Made by a program: the position numbers and the translations under genes. 47,905 bases of DNA from a virus. Lineage: Duplodnaviria > Caudoviricetes. Shown here in pieces: positions 26,165-35,267 of this stretch. Each line of letters opens with the position of its first letter. Position 1 is the first letter of the stretch. A model generated the notes under the pieces. The model was given only the letters and a program-made list of their open reading frames with translations. It ran no database searches and was not told where the DNA came from. The stretch lies in the IMG/VR virus record IMGVR_UViG_3300044820_000192, positions 1-47,905 of that record; one strand, given 5' to 3'.

Positions 26165-26656
26165 GTGGGAACGGTTCCAGCGCCGTCCGTGGTCACCCCA
26201 CACCCGGAGTCGCGGCGCGGAGGAGTACTCCAACCCATCGACTCCCGGCCCCTTCGCTCGCCCGTAGTGTATTCATCCACCCAACCGCCAGTCGAAATCA
26301 ATGCCGCCGTGCGCCTGCCCTTGCCGGTGCTGGATTACCGCGGCTCCCTGGCTCTCTATGCGCGCACTGAGGCCGAGGTACACCGGCTGATCGCCTCGGG
26401 CGGCTACGACGCGCTGCGCACCAAGACGCGGATCCGCGCCCTGCGCGCCAAGCGAACGACGAAGATCGAGTCCTCGAAGGTCATCCGCGGCATGGGACGC
26501 ATCCGTCAGCCGGGCTTCGCCGATCCGCACCGGCGCGAAACGATGACCAATCCCCGGGGGGTCTGGACCATGCCGCGCATCCATGACGGCGATCGCGACA
26601 TATTCCGCCGGGTCATCGACGAGCAGCTCGTGATCGTCGGGGAAGAAGCGGCCTGA
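26165..26656 (+). CDS. Hypothetical basic protein
   Basis: Follows TGTAGAAT -10 candidate at 26123-26130; start uncertain. Confidence 0.5.
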   Translation: MGTVPAPSVVTPHPESRRGGVLQPIDSRPLRSPVVYSSTQPPVEINAAVRLPLPVLDYRGSLALYARTEAEVHRLIASGGYDALRTKTRIRALRAKRTTKIESSKVIRGMGRIRQPGFADPHRRETMTNPRGVWTMPRIHDGDRDIFRRVIDEQLVIVGEEAA

Positions 26657-26670
26657 GCAGCGACGGCGGT

Positions 26671-27213
26671 ATGGACGAAGCGGCGGCCGCGAACCTCTAC
26701 ACCGGCCTGCAGCGGGAGCTGAAGTGGTACCTGCTCCGCCAGCTCGGCCCGGACGGGTGGGAAGACGCGCTGAACGATACCTACGTGATTGTTCTCCAGG
26801 CGATCGACGGGAGACAGATCCGGGAACCATCCCGGGTGATGTCTTTCGCGGCGACCGTAGCCCGGCGGCGCATCGCGAATGCCATCGGGGGGCTGGTGCG
26901 ACGGAGGCGGGAAAGCGATATCGAGGATCTGATTGAGGTACTCCCGGCGCCGCCGCGCGAATCTCCGGAGCGCCGCTGTGCCGACGCCGAGCGCGACTCC
27001 ATGCTCCAACAGGCTATTGCCGAGCTTCCGGACTTCTATCGCAATCTGACCCGGCGCGTTTTGGAAGGGCAAGACCAGGTCCAGGTGATGACCGAGATGG
27101 GGATCACCGAGACTCAGTACCGTCTCGGGAAAAATCGCGCACACAATCAGATCCGCCAGAACCTGGAGCGCCTCAGCCGCCGGCCATTGCGTCCTATCCA
27201 GGCGGCCGCCTGA
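26671..27213 (+). CDS. ECF-type sigma factor
   Basis: EDALNDTYVIVLQAI.....IREP..VMSFAATVARR; LP..YR....R...G region 4. Confidence 0.8.
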   Translation: MDEAAAANLYTGLQRELKWYLLRQLGPDGWEDALNDTYVIVLQAIDGRQIREPSRVMSFAATVARRRIANAIGGLVRRRRESDIEDLIEVLPAPPRESPERRCADAERDSMLQQAIAELPDFYRNLTRRVLEGQDQVQVMTEMGITETQYRLGKNRAHNQIRQNLERLSRRPLRPIQAAA

Positions 27214-27494
27214 TGATCCTGGAGCCCACGGCCGACGAGCGGGCCTCGTCGCCCTATTGGCTGCTGATCCGCGCCGAGCGCCTCCGCGTCGTCAACGGAT
27301 GCTTGCGTCGCCTGGCGGAGAAACAACGGTGCGTGCTGACACTTCGCTACGGCCGGGAGATGAGTTTCACGGAAATCGCGGCGGTTTGGGGAGTATCCAA
27401 AGTGGCCGTGCATCGCATGCACTCGCGGGCGTTGCGCCGCCTGGCCGCCGCCCTGGCCGAGCGCGGAATTACTCGCCCGAGTGACTTGCTGTAA
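27213..27494 (+). CDS. Sigma-70 region-4-only protein
   Basis: LAEKQRCVLTLRYGREMSFTEIAAVWGVSKVAVHRMHSRALRRL; no region 2. Confidence 0.8.
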   Translation: MILEPTADERASSPYWLLIRAERLRVVNGCLRRLAEKQRCVLTLRYGREMSFTEIAAVWGVSKVAVHRMHSRALRRLAAALAERGITRPSDLL

Positions 27495-27521
27495 TTTGGG
27501 GGGCCACGCAGCCCCCCAAAT
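27494..27521. terminator. Perfect 11-bp hairpin closing the sigma operon
   Basis: ATTTGGGGGGC-CACGCA-GCCCCCCAAAT; no clear U-tract. Confidence 0.5.
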
Positions 27522-27614
27522 CACTCTGCAACTTCCGAGGGCCGGAACGTTGCCAATAATGTGGCAGAAACCGGCCGGTTGTCAATAGCAGATTTAGGAG
27601 CCAACGAAAACGCC

Positions 27615-27935
27615 ATGATCTCGATTCCCCTGGGCCGCATCACTGTAGCCACCGCCGGAACTCCCGTGCCTGTCACTCTAACCTCCCCGCAACTGGCGAA
27701 GACTCAGAGCGGCCTGGTTGCGTCGATTGTGGCGAGCGCCGATCCTGCTTCCGCCGGCAACGTATTCGTCAAGCAGGCCGGCAGCACGATCGCCGCGATT
27801 CCCCCGCCCAACGGGGGCCATGCCGAGCACTGGGAAACTCCGGAGTGCGACGGCAACGCCATCAACCCGACGGTGTACTCGCTCGACGCGGCCACCAACG
27901 GCGACGGCGCCTTCGTGACCCTCTGGGTCGAGTAG
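27615..27935 (+). CDS. Small beta-rich protein, possibly virion decoration
   Basis: IPLGRITVATAGTPVP...; similar to the domains of 22437-23144. Confidence 0.6.
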   Translation: MISIPLGRITVATAGTPVPVTLTSPQLAKTQSGLVASIVASADPASAGNVFVKQAGSTIAAIPPPNGGHAEHWETPECDGNAINPTVYSLDAATNGDGAFVTLWVE

Positions 27936-28040
27936 AAACGTTCTCCCCCGTAACGCTTCGCGTATCATCTCTTTCCCGCGAAGCTGGCAGGCACCCTCCG
28001 GCGTTTTCCTCCTTCTTCCGGAGCGCGTCTGCCTTTTTCA

Positions 28041-28081
28041 GCCGCTCCGGGCGTTGCCACATGCCCGGAGCGGCCTTTTTT
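28041..28081 (+). terminator. Rho-independent terminator
   Basis: GCCGCTCCGGGC/GCCCGGAGCGGC 12-bp stem followed by CTTTTTT. Confidence 0.75.
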
Positions 28082-28094
28082 CGAGCAAAAGACA

Positions 28095-28622
28095 ATGGCC
28101 TCACACCTACAGCAGCAGGAATACGCGGTGGTTCCCATCGCCAGCCTGCGCCCGCATCCCGCGAATCCACGCCGGGGGAACGTCGGCGCGATCGCGCAAT
28201 CGATCGCGGCCAACGGGTTTTACGGCGCGGTGGTGGCCCAGCGGAGTAGCGGACATATTCTCGCGGGCAAGCATCGATGGGAAGCCGCCCAGGCCGAGGG
28301 CCTGCAGGCCATCCCGGTTTTCTGGATCGACTGTGACGACGCGACGGCGCGCCGGATTCTGAGCGCCGACAACCGCGTGTCGGACCTGGCCGGCTACGAC
28401 GACGAGGGACTGGCTCGCTTACTGACCGAGATCCGCGCCGAGGCCGGAACGCTCGACGGAACCGGCTACGACGAGAAGGCCTTCGAATCCCTGATCCGCC
28501 AGGCCGGCAACGCCGCGATCGCCGCGCTGGAAGACGGAAGCCAGAGCGAGGAGCCGGGCGAAGCCCCCGCCGAGCAGGACGAAGCAGTCTGTCCCGCTTG
28601 CGGCCGGCCGCTCGCCGAGTGA
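28095..28622 (+). CDS. ParB-like N-terminal domain protein
   Basis: LRPHPANPRRGNV..IAQSI..NGF...ILAGKHRWEAA...ADNR; C-terminal CPAC. Confidence 0.85.
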   Translation: MASHLQQQEYAVVPIASLRPHPANPRRGNVGAIAQSIAANGFYGAVVAQRSSGHILAGKHRWEAAQAEGLQAIPVFWIDCDDATARRILSADNRVSDLAGYDDEGLARLLTEIRAEAGTLDGTGYDEKAFESLIRQAGNAAIAALEDGSQSEEPGEAPAEQDEAVCPACGRPLAE

Positions 28623-28623
28623 T

Positions 28624-29229
28624 GTGCGGCTCGAATGGGAACGCCAGACCACTGAATCGGCGCGCGCCTTCGCCGCGTTTTGCGCTTACCGCGACCTCGG
28701 CCCGTCGCGCAGTATCGATAGAGCCTATACCGTCACTCGCGAGCGACACCAGCCTGGCCGCGCGGCCGGTCAATGGAACGCCTGGTCGGTGGAGCATCGC
28801 TGGGTGGAGCGCGCCGCGGCGTACGACGGCCACCTCGACGCCCAGCGCCGGCGAATCCGCGAGGCGCGCCTCCGCGAACTCGAGGAGCGCCGCCTCGAAT
28901 TCGAGCTCCGCAACCAGGTCCAGCTCGAGCGCCGCGCCGATCGCATGGACGAGCTCGCCGACAAGGCCGAGCAGGCGCCGGTGGTCGATGTGGTTCAGAA
29001 ACTGGGCAACGGCACGATCGTGAAAGTGAAAGGGCTCAACCTCAGCGCGTACGCGCGCCTGGTGCATGAGCGTAACGAGGCCGCCCGCCAGGCCGTGGTA
29101 GGCGTGCGAGCCGAGGAAAAGCCGGAGAAGCCGGATGAGAAAGTGTCCGCCGGCGGACACCTGCCCAAGGGAGAGTTCGTCTGGGTGCCGCCGACGCCGG
29201 AACCGGAATCGTCGTCAGACGGGAAATAG
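28624..29229 (+). CDS. Terminase small subunit (putative)
   Basis: WERQ..ES..AF.AF..YRDLG..RS...W..RA.AYD; precedes large terminase. Confidence 0.7.
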   Translation: MRLEWERQTTESARAFAAFCAYRDLGPSRSIDRAYTVTRERHQPGRAAGQWNAWSVEHRWVERAAAYDGHLDAQRRRIREARLRELEERRLEFELRNQVQLERRADRMDELADKAEQAPVVDVVQKLGNGTIVKVKGLNLSAYARLVHERNEAARQAVVGVRAEEKPEKPDEKVSAGGHLPKGEFVWVPPTPEPESSSDGK

Positions 29230-30557
29230 CCTACGATCCGCTCCCCAGCCAGTTGAGCTTCCACCTGGCCCCGGAGCGCTTCAAGGGATTCTCGGGCCCG
29301 GTCGGCTCCGGAAAGAGCCTGGCCTTCTGCCACGAGGCGTTGAAGCTCGCGTACCTGAACGGCCGCTGCTTCGGCCTGATTGGGGCGCCGACGTATCCGA
29401 TGCTGCGGGATTCCACCCGGGCCACCTTCCTGGACATCCTGGTGGCCAACGCGATTCCGCACACGTTTCTGAAGGCGGAGAACGTCGTATACCTGCCTGA
29501 GCCGGATTCGACGGTGCTGTTCCGCAGCCTCGACGACTTCGAGCGGCTGCGGGGAACCAACCTGGCCTGGTTCGGCGTCGATGAGCTGACCTATTCGAAG
29601 CGCGAGGCCTGGAGCCGCCTGGAGGCCCGCCTGCGCGCGCCGCGGGCCAAGCAACTCTGTGGATTCGCTGCCTGGACGCCCAAGGGCTTCGACTGGGTCT
29701 ACCGCCGCTTCGTGGCCCACGGGCATCCCGGCGGCTACAGCGCGGTGATCGCCAGGCCGGCCGAAAACACCGCCCTGCCGGCGGACTTTTATGAGCGGCT
29801 CAAGGAAAGCTACGACGAGCGCTTCTATCGCCAAGAAGTCCTCGGCGAGTACCTGAACGTCTTCAGCGGTCAGGCCTATCACGCCTGGGACCGCGCGGTG
29901 AACCTGGCCCCGGTCGCCTACGATCCGGCCTGGCCGTTGTGCTGGGCGCTGGACTTCAACATCGATCCGATGTGTTCCGTGTTGGCACAAGTGATCGACG
30001 CCACTACGCGCCAGGATGCGTTGCTCGGACGCCGGCGAACCCTGCTCCGCGTCATCGACGAGCTGGCCCTGCCCGACACACGGACGGTGCAGGCCTGCGC
30101 CGTTCTGATCGATCGGCTAAAGACGCAGTTCCCCTTGTTCTGGAAGACCAGCCGGGCGATTCAGGTGTACGGAGACGCATCGGGTGATAACCGCCATTCC
30201 TCGTCGAAGGCCACCGACTGGCAGCAGGTCCGCGAGTGCCTGCGCGCGGCCGGACTCAACGCCGTGTTCCGCGTGCCCAACGCCAACCCGCCGGTGCGCG
30301 ATCGCGTGAACGCGGTGAACGCCATGCTGCGCAACTCCGCCGGCGAAAGCCGCATGCAGGTCGATCCACGATGCCGGGAACTGGTGATGGACTTCGAGGA
30401 AGTGAGTTGGAAACGAGACAGTGCGGGCAACCCGCTGGGCGATATCGCCAAAACCGATCCGCGCCGGACGCACCTGAGCGACGCCCTGGGCTACCTGATT
30501 GCGTGGGAGTGTCCGGTGCTGCCCGCCGGTGGGCCCCGCTCCGAGGTCATTCTGTGA
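29181..30557 (+). CDS. terL: Terminase large subunit
   Basis: Walker A GPVGSGKS, Walker B GVDE, nuclease DFNIDP...GDASG...HLSDALGY; start probably CTG 29181 (first standard codon is TTG 29253). Confidence 0.93.
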   Translation: MGAADAGTGIVVRREIAYDPLPSQLSFHLAPERFKGFSGPVGSGKSLAFCHEALKLAYLNGRCFGLIGAPTYPMLRDSTRATFLDILVANAIPHTFLKAENVVYLPEPDSTVLFRSLDDFERLRGTNLAWFGVDELTYSKREAWSRLEARLRAPRAKQLCGFAAWTPKGFDWVYRRFVAHGHPGGYSAVIARPAENTALPADFYERLKESYDERFYRQEVLGEYLNVFSGQAYHAWDRAVNLAPVAYDPAWPLCWALDFNIDPMCSVLAQVIDATTRQDALLGRRRTLLRVIDELALPDTRTVQACAVLIDRLKTQFPLFWKTSRAIQVYGDASGDNRHSSSKATDWQQVRECLRAAGLNAVFRVPNANPPVRDRVNAVNAMLRNSAGESRMQVDPRCRELVMDFEEVSWKRDSAGNPLGDIAKTDPRRTHLSDALGYLIAWECPVLPAGGPRSEVIL

Positions 30558-31192
30558 TGGGCGCAAGCGGCGGCGCGGCTTTGGCGCTGGAGCACACGCC
30601 GTGGAAGAAGCCTCCGGTGAAGCCCGCCGATGAGCCCGCCTTCGAATGGACGCGCTCCGAGACATTCGGTCTGGCTAAGCGCCATTGCGTAAAATGCTTT
30701 GGCGCCGGACTCACAGTGACCGACCTCAGCGGTAAGGTGAGTCCCTGCAACTGCGTCCTGCGCCGAATCTTCAGGATTTGCCTCAACCGTTGGCGCAGTA
30801 TCCAGATTGAGGCCCGGAATGGCATGTCCTGCGTGCGATATGGAGTGCTGCGCATCCGCACAAGCCGCCGCTCCACGATGTACTCCCGCAAGAACGAAGA
30901 GTTCTGCGCCGACTTCGAGCTGCTGGCCAGGCGGACGCTCGATCCAGGGGACCTCAAGATCTTCCGCCTGCACTTTCTCTGGGGAGCCGACTTCCGCTAT
31001 TGCTGCCGCGCGCTGAAGCTGAACCGCGGCCTGTTCTTCCACGCCGTTTATCGCATCGAACAGAAGCTCGGCAAGGTCTACCGCACCACCCGGCCGTACA
31101 GTCTGTTCCCATTGGACGAATATTTTGGCGGCGTATCCGGCCAGGAGCCGATTCCCGATGCTCAGCCGGCGGACTTTCCCGCGGCCGCATAA
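30557..31192 (+). CDS. Zinc-finger plus C-terminal HTH protein, possible late regulator
   Basis: CVKCFGAG...CNC; IFRLHFLWGADFRYCCRALKLNRG.FFHAVYRIEQKL. Confidence 0.6.
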   Translation: MGASGGAALALEHTPWKKPPVKPADEPAFEWTRSETFGLAKRHCVKCFGAGLTVTDLSGKVSPCNCVLRRIFRICLNRWRSIQIEARNGMSCVRYGVLRIRTSRRSTMYSRKNEEFCADFELLARRTLDPGDLKIFRLHFLWGADFRYCCRALKLNRGLFFHAVYRIEQKLGKVYRTTRPYSLFPLDEYFGGVSGQEPIPDAQPADFPAAA

Positions 31193-31286
31193 GGAACATG
31201 CTGCTGCCGAATCCAGGAACAGAGCGAGCACCTTAAACGCATAACCGAGCAGCTTCTCACTACCGAAACGAAGGACAAACATCACC

Positions 31287-31529
31287 ATGCCTCACCACGC
31301 CGCCGGCGTTGAAGCCGCTTCCGGAGCCGCCGCAGTGTTGTCGCCGCTGTGCAATCTCCACCAGACCCGCCTGGGGGTCCTCGAAGAGCGCAGTGAACAG
31401 ACCGGGAAAGATGCCGAGCGCCTCGAAAAGAAGATCGACGATCTCCAGAAGTTCATCATCGGCGGCCTGCTCTCCAGCGTCGGCTCGCTGCTGATCCTCC
31501 TCCTCAATTTGGCGCTGAATCGAAAGTAG
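31287..31529 (+). CDS. Small coiled-coil plus C-terminal TM protein
   Basis: RLEKKIDDLQKFIIGGLLSSVGSLLILLL. Confidence 0.65.
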   Translation: MPHHAAGVEAASGAAAVLSPLCNLHQTRLGVLEERSEQTGKDAERLEKKIDDLQKFIIGGLLSSVGSLLILLLNLALNRK

Positions 31530-31541
31530 ACCATCATCCCC

Positions 31542-33098
31542 ATGTCCCTTCCCATCGAGGCGCTCGAGGCCAAGCATCCCTATTGGACCGCCAACGCGCG
31601 GTTCTGGGATGACATCGACCTCCTGTACACGGGCGGCTATGCCCTCAAGCAGCAGGCCTCGCGCTTCCTGCAGCCCCGGCCGGTCGAGCCCGGCAAGGTG
31701 CTCGCCGCCCGCCTGGCGCGCTTCAGTTATCAGTCACTTCTATCGACGGCGTTGGGCTGGTACACCGCGCGGCTTTTCCAGGAAGATCCGCAGTTCTTCT
31801 TCAGACACGGCTCCGGAGCGAAGATCGAGGACGATTTCTTCGCCCGATTCTTGAAAGACGCCGACCGCCGAGGCACTCCACTCACCGGGCTCGCCCGGGA
31901 CTGGTTTTTGTCGGCTGTACTGTTCGGGTCTTCGTGGGTGCTGACTGATCTGGATAACGCGCCGCTCGCATCGAGCTTCCGCGAACAAAAGGAATCGGGC
32001 TCACTCGATCCCTACCTGGTCACCTTCGACCCGAGGCAGGTCATCAATTGGGATGAGGACGCCTACGGAAACCTGGAATGGGCGGTGGTCCGGACCCAGT
32101 CGCAGCGCCGGGCCTTTGGAGAGAACCCCCGCACCATCGACCGCTGGTATTACTTCGATCGCGAGGAGTTCCGGATCTACGAGGCGGTGAACCAGGACGG
32201 ACCCATCGCCACCAGCACAGTGGACACCGTCGCCGGCGCGGCCGCGATCACCGGCTCCAGCGCCCGCAACGCCATCGTCGTCAATCAAGGCCGGCACTCG
32301 ATGGCCGCGTTGAAGCGCGTTCCCCTGCGCCGGATCGCCGTGCCCGAGAGCCTCTGGTTGGCCTATCGCGTCGCTCCGCAGATTATCGATCACCTGAACG
32401 TCGATAACGCCTATGGTTGGGCGCTGACCATGAGTTGCCTGCCGGTCCCGGTCATCACCGGGCGCTATGAGGAGCCGCCGGCCATCTCCGAGACCGCTTA
32501 CATCAAGCTCGAGCAGGGATCGACGTTCTCCTGGTCCGAGCCCGCCGGGACCAGCTACGGACACGCCGCCGATCGCGTCGCCAGCCTGCGCCAGGAGATC
32601 TACAGGCAGATGTATCTCCAGTCCCAGGCCCGCGACCAGCATGCCACGGCGGCGGCCCAGTCCGGCTACTCCAAAGCGCAGGACATGGCCCCGTCGCACC
32701 AGGTGCTCAACGAATACGGCGCCATTCTCCGCGCGGCCATAAGCGGCATTCTCTGCGACGTGGCCGCGATCCGGCAGGTTCAGGACTTCACTGTCGATTG
32801 CCAGGGCCTCACCTTCGAGGACAAGGATCAACTCGTCGAGATCACCGCGGCCCAGGCCGCTCTCGATCTGCAAATCCCCTCCGATACCTGGGCCCGCTAT
32901 GTCCAGAAGCGCGTGGTGCGGCAATTCGCCTCGGGCGCCGATCCGGACACGCTGCAGGCCATCGATCAGGAAATCGACGCCGCGCCTGGCCAGGCCCAGC
33001 GCGACGCCCAGCAGCGCCAGGACCGGCTGTCCAGCTTCTCCTCGTCACTCGAGACTGCATTGGGACGCTCCGCCGTTAAGGATGCCGAGGCCGCCTGA
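31542..33098 (+). CDS. Portal protein
   Basis: 518 aa between terminase and scaffold; HP.W....W..I..LY.GG, PYLV.F.P.QVINW, SG.SK..D. Confidence 0.85.
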   Translation: MSLPIEALEAKHPYWTANARFWDDIDLLYTGGYALKQQASRFLQPRPVEPGKVLAARLARFSYQSLLSTALGWYTARLFQEDPQFFFRHGSGAKIEDDFFARFLKDADRRGTPLTGLARDWFLSAVLFGSSWVLTDLDNAPLASSFREQKESGSLDPYLVTFDPRQVINWDEDAYGNLEWAVVRTQSQRRAFGENPRTIDRWYYFDREEFRIYEAVNQDGPIATSTVDTVAGAAAITGSSARNAIVVNQGRHSMAALKRVPLRRIAVPESLWLAYRVAPQIIDHLNVDNAYGWALTMSCLPVPVITGRYEEPPAISETAYIKLEQGSTFSWSEPAGTSYGHAADRVASLRQEIYRQMYLQSQARDQHATAAAQSGYSKAQDMAPSHQVLNEYGAILRAAISGILCDVAAIRQVQDFTVDCQGLTFEDKDQLVEITAAQAALDLQIPSDTWARYVQKRVVRQFASGADPDTLQAIDQEIDAAPGQAQRDAQQRQDRLSSFSSSLETALGRSAVKDAEAA

Positions 33099-33146
33099 CT
33101 CGATAGATAGCACCACTTACTAAGTTCGACTGAGGAACTAATCCGA

Positions 33147-33887
33147 ATGAGACCTTTTCCCTGGATGATGATGTCACGCGGGCCTCTCCGCGACGCTGAG
33201 ACTGGCGCCGGCGGAGGCGGGGGCGGCACGGAAAATGCCGCTAAGCCCCCGGCCACCCCTCCAGCGATTGACGCCAAGGCGTTGTCGAGCGAAATTGCCA
33301 AGGCCGTTTCCGCATCGATGGCCGAGCTGTTCAAGGCTGCTCAGCAGCAGAAGCCTCCTGTGGATTCGGCCGCCGAACCAGGAAGCGATTCCGCCAAGCC
33401 GGGCGCATCCGGCGGCGGGAAGGAAGACGACAACCCCGTCGTTCGCGAACTCCGCCGCGAGCTGGCCAAACTCAAGGGCGAGGTCCAGAACGAAAAGACC
33501 GCTCGTGAGGAGGCCACCCGCCAGGCCGAAGTGAAAGAGCGCCACGCCCAGGTGCTCTCCCACCTCACCGACTTGCCGTTCCGCAAGGACGGCGATCGCG
33601 AAGCCGCGCACAAGCTGCTTCGCGATGAAGTCAAGCGCGGCACCGACGGCAAGCTCTATGGTCCGGACGGGGAAACGCCCGCCAGCGACTACATCAAGAA
33701 ACAAATGAGCGAGGTATACGACTCCCTCCTCAAACCCCTGGATGCCGGCGGCGCCGGTGCCAGAAACCCCGGCGGTCCCCGATCCGGAGCGCCCGTGGAC
33801 TTCGACATGATCCGCCCCGGAATGTCCAAGGAAGACGAGATCCGCGTTCGCCAGCAGATCTCCAGAGTCCTCACCGGACGGGACTGA
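33147..33887 (+). CDS. Capsid scaffolding protein
   Basis: Low-complexity N-terminus, coiled coil, GGAGA C-terminus; precedes capsid. Confidence 0.75.
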   Translation: MRPFPWMMMSRGPLRDAETGAGGGGGGTENAAKPPATPPAIDAKALSSEIAKAVSASMAELFKAAQQQKPPVDSAAEPGSDSAKPGASGGGKEDDNPVVRELRRELAKLKGEVQNEKTAREEATRQAEVKERHAQVLSHLTDLPFRKDGDREAAHKLLRDEVKRGTDGKLYGPDGETPASDYIKKQMSEVYDSLLKPLDAGGAGARNPGGPRSGAPVDFDMIRPGMSKEDEIRVRQQISRVLTGRD

Positions 33888-33950
33888 TCGCTCCCCCCTC
33901 ACACTTTCCAATCCGCGGCTCAAGTCCGCACAGGAGAAAACACAGAAGCT

Positions 33951-34856
33951 ATGCCTGCAATTACCTCAACCAACGTGGCAAATGCCATCGTCAAACTCGT
34001 CGCCGTGGATGCTCTGCCGACCCTGGTCGGCAACCTGGTGATGGGCAACCTCGTCAACCGCGATTACGAACCGACTCTCGCCCAATACGGCGACACCATC
34101 AACGTTCCGATCCCGCCCGTTCTGGTCGCCAACAACATCGCCGAAGGCGGGACGGTGCAGACGCAGAACCCCTCGGCCGGCAACGGCCAAATCGTTCTGA
34201 ATACCCACGCCGAGGCCACCTTCCAGATCCCGGACGTGACCAAGTGCCTCGCGGTCCCCGACCTGATCAAGTTGTATATGCAGCCGGCCGTCGCAGCGCT
34301 CGCCGAGAGGATTGAGACCGACCTGCTCAACCTGTACTCCAACTTCACGGCCCAGGTTGGCACCGCCGGCACGCCGATCACCGAAGCCGTGGTCGAGGGC
34401 GCCGAAACCCAGCTCTTTACCGCCAAAGTTCCGAAGCAGGCACAAAAGTACCTTCTGGTTGACGCATCGACTTACTCCGTCTTGCGCCAGAACCCACGCT
34501 TCACCACCTGGGCCTCCACCGCCGAAGCCGGCGTGCGCGCTCTGATTGAAGGCGAAGTCGGCAAGATCAAGGACTTCTTCGTCTTCCGGTCCCAGATGGT
34601 CGCCAAGACCGGATCGAGCCCAGTGAACATCCACAACCTCGCCTTCGGCCGCGACGCGATCGGCCTGGTTACACGACGCCTGCCCCAACCCCTGCCTGGT
34701 ACCGGCGCGATCGCCGAGTATGCCGAGCTGGGCAATTTCGGTTTCCGCGTCTTGATGACTTATGTCCCCAACACGCTGTCACAGCAGTTCACGATCGATT
34801 GCCTCTACGGATGCGCGGTACTGCGCAATGCGTTCGGCGTCCAGGTCAACTGCTAG
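33951..34856 (+). CDS. Major capsid protein (P22 coat-like)
   Basis: VNRDY...GDTINVP...LAF.RDAI.L.TR.L...D.LYG. Confidence 0.9.
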   Translation: MPAITSTNVANAIVKLVAVDALPTLVGNLVMGNLVNRDYEPTLAQYGDTINVPIPPVLVANNIAEGGTVQTQNPSAGNGQIVLNTHAEATFQIPDVTKCLAVPDLIKLYMQPAVAALAERIETDLLNLYSNFTAQVGTAGTPITEAVVEGAETQLFTAKVPKQAQKYLLVDASTYSVLRQNPRFTTWASTAEAGVRALIEGEVGKIKDFFVFRSQMVAKTGSSPVNIHNLAFGRDAIGLVTRRLPQPLPGTGAIAEYAELGNFGFRVLMTYVPNTLSQQFTIDCLYGCAVLRNAFGVQVNC

Positions 34857-34924
34857 TAGTCCGCAATCCCCTCTACGGCGGCCGATCGCGAGGCCGCCTT
34901 CCATCCCAAAGGAAACTTCCCCAT

Positions 34925-35248
34925 ATGGACCATCGAGCCTATTGGCAGAAAGTGCGCCTCCAGAGGGAGGCCCTCGCCGATGAATACCCGGTCGTGATTT
35001 CAGTGGAGTCGACGGATTCGCTGCAGTGCACCGAGGTCACCCAGGCTATCGCCGCCAAGAACCTGGTGGATGGCACCCACCGCCTAGCCACACCCGATGA
35101 GATCGCCGCCTGGCGCGCCGATCAGAAGGCCCGCGCCGAGGCGATCCGCAAAGCAGAGCTCGACAAGCGCCAGCCCATCGTCGTCTATGCCGGCCAACCT
35201 CCCGCCGAGACTCCGGCCGCGGCCGACGCGACCAAGCCCAAGAAGTAG
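34925..35248 (+). CDS. Hypothetical virion-associated protein
   Basis: AAGGAA RBS; AK.LVDGT.RLAT.DE. Confidence 0.65.
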   Translation: MDHRAYWQKVRLQREALADEYPVVISVESTDSLQCTEVTQAIAAKNLVDGTHRLATPDEIAAWRADQKARAEAIRKAELDKRQPIVVYAGQPPAETPAAADATKPKK

Positions 35249-35267
35249 CCCGGCCCCTAACAACACC

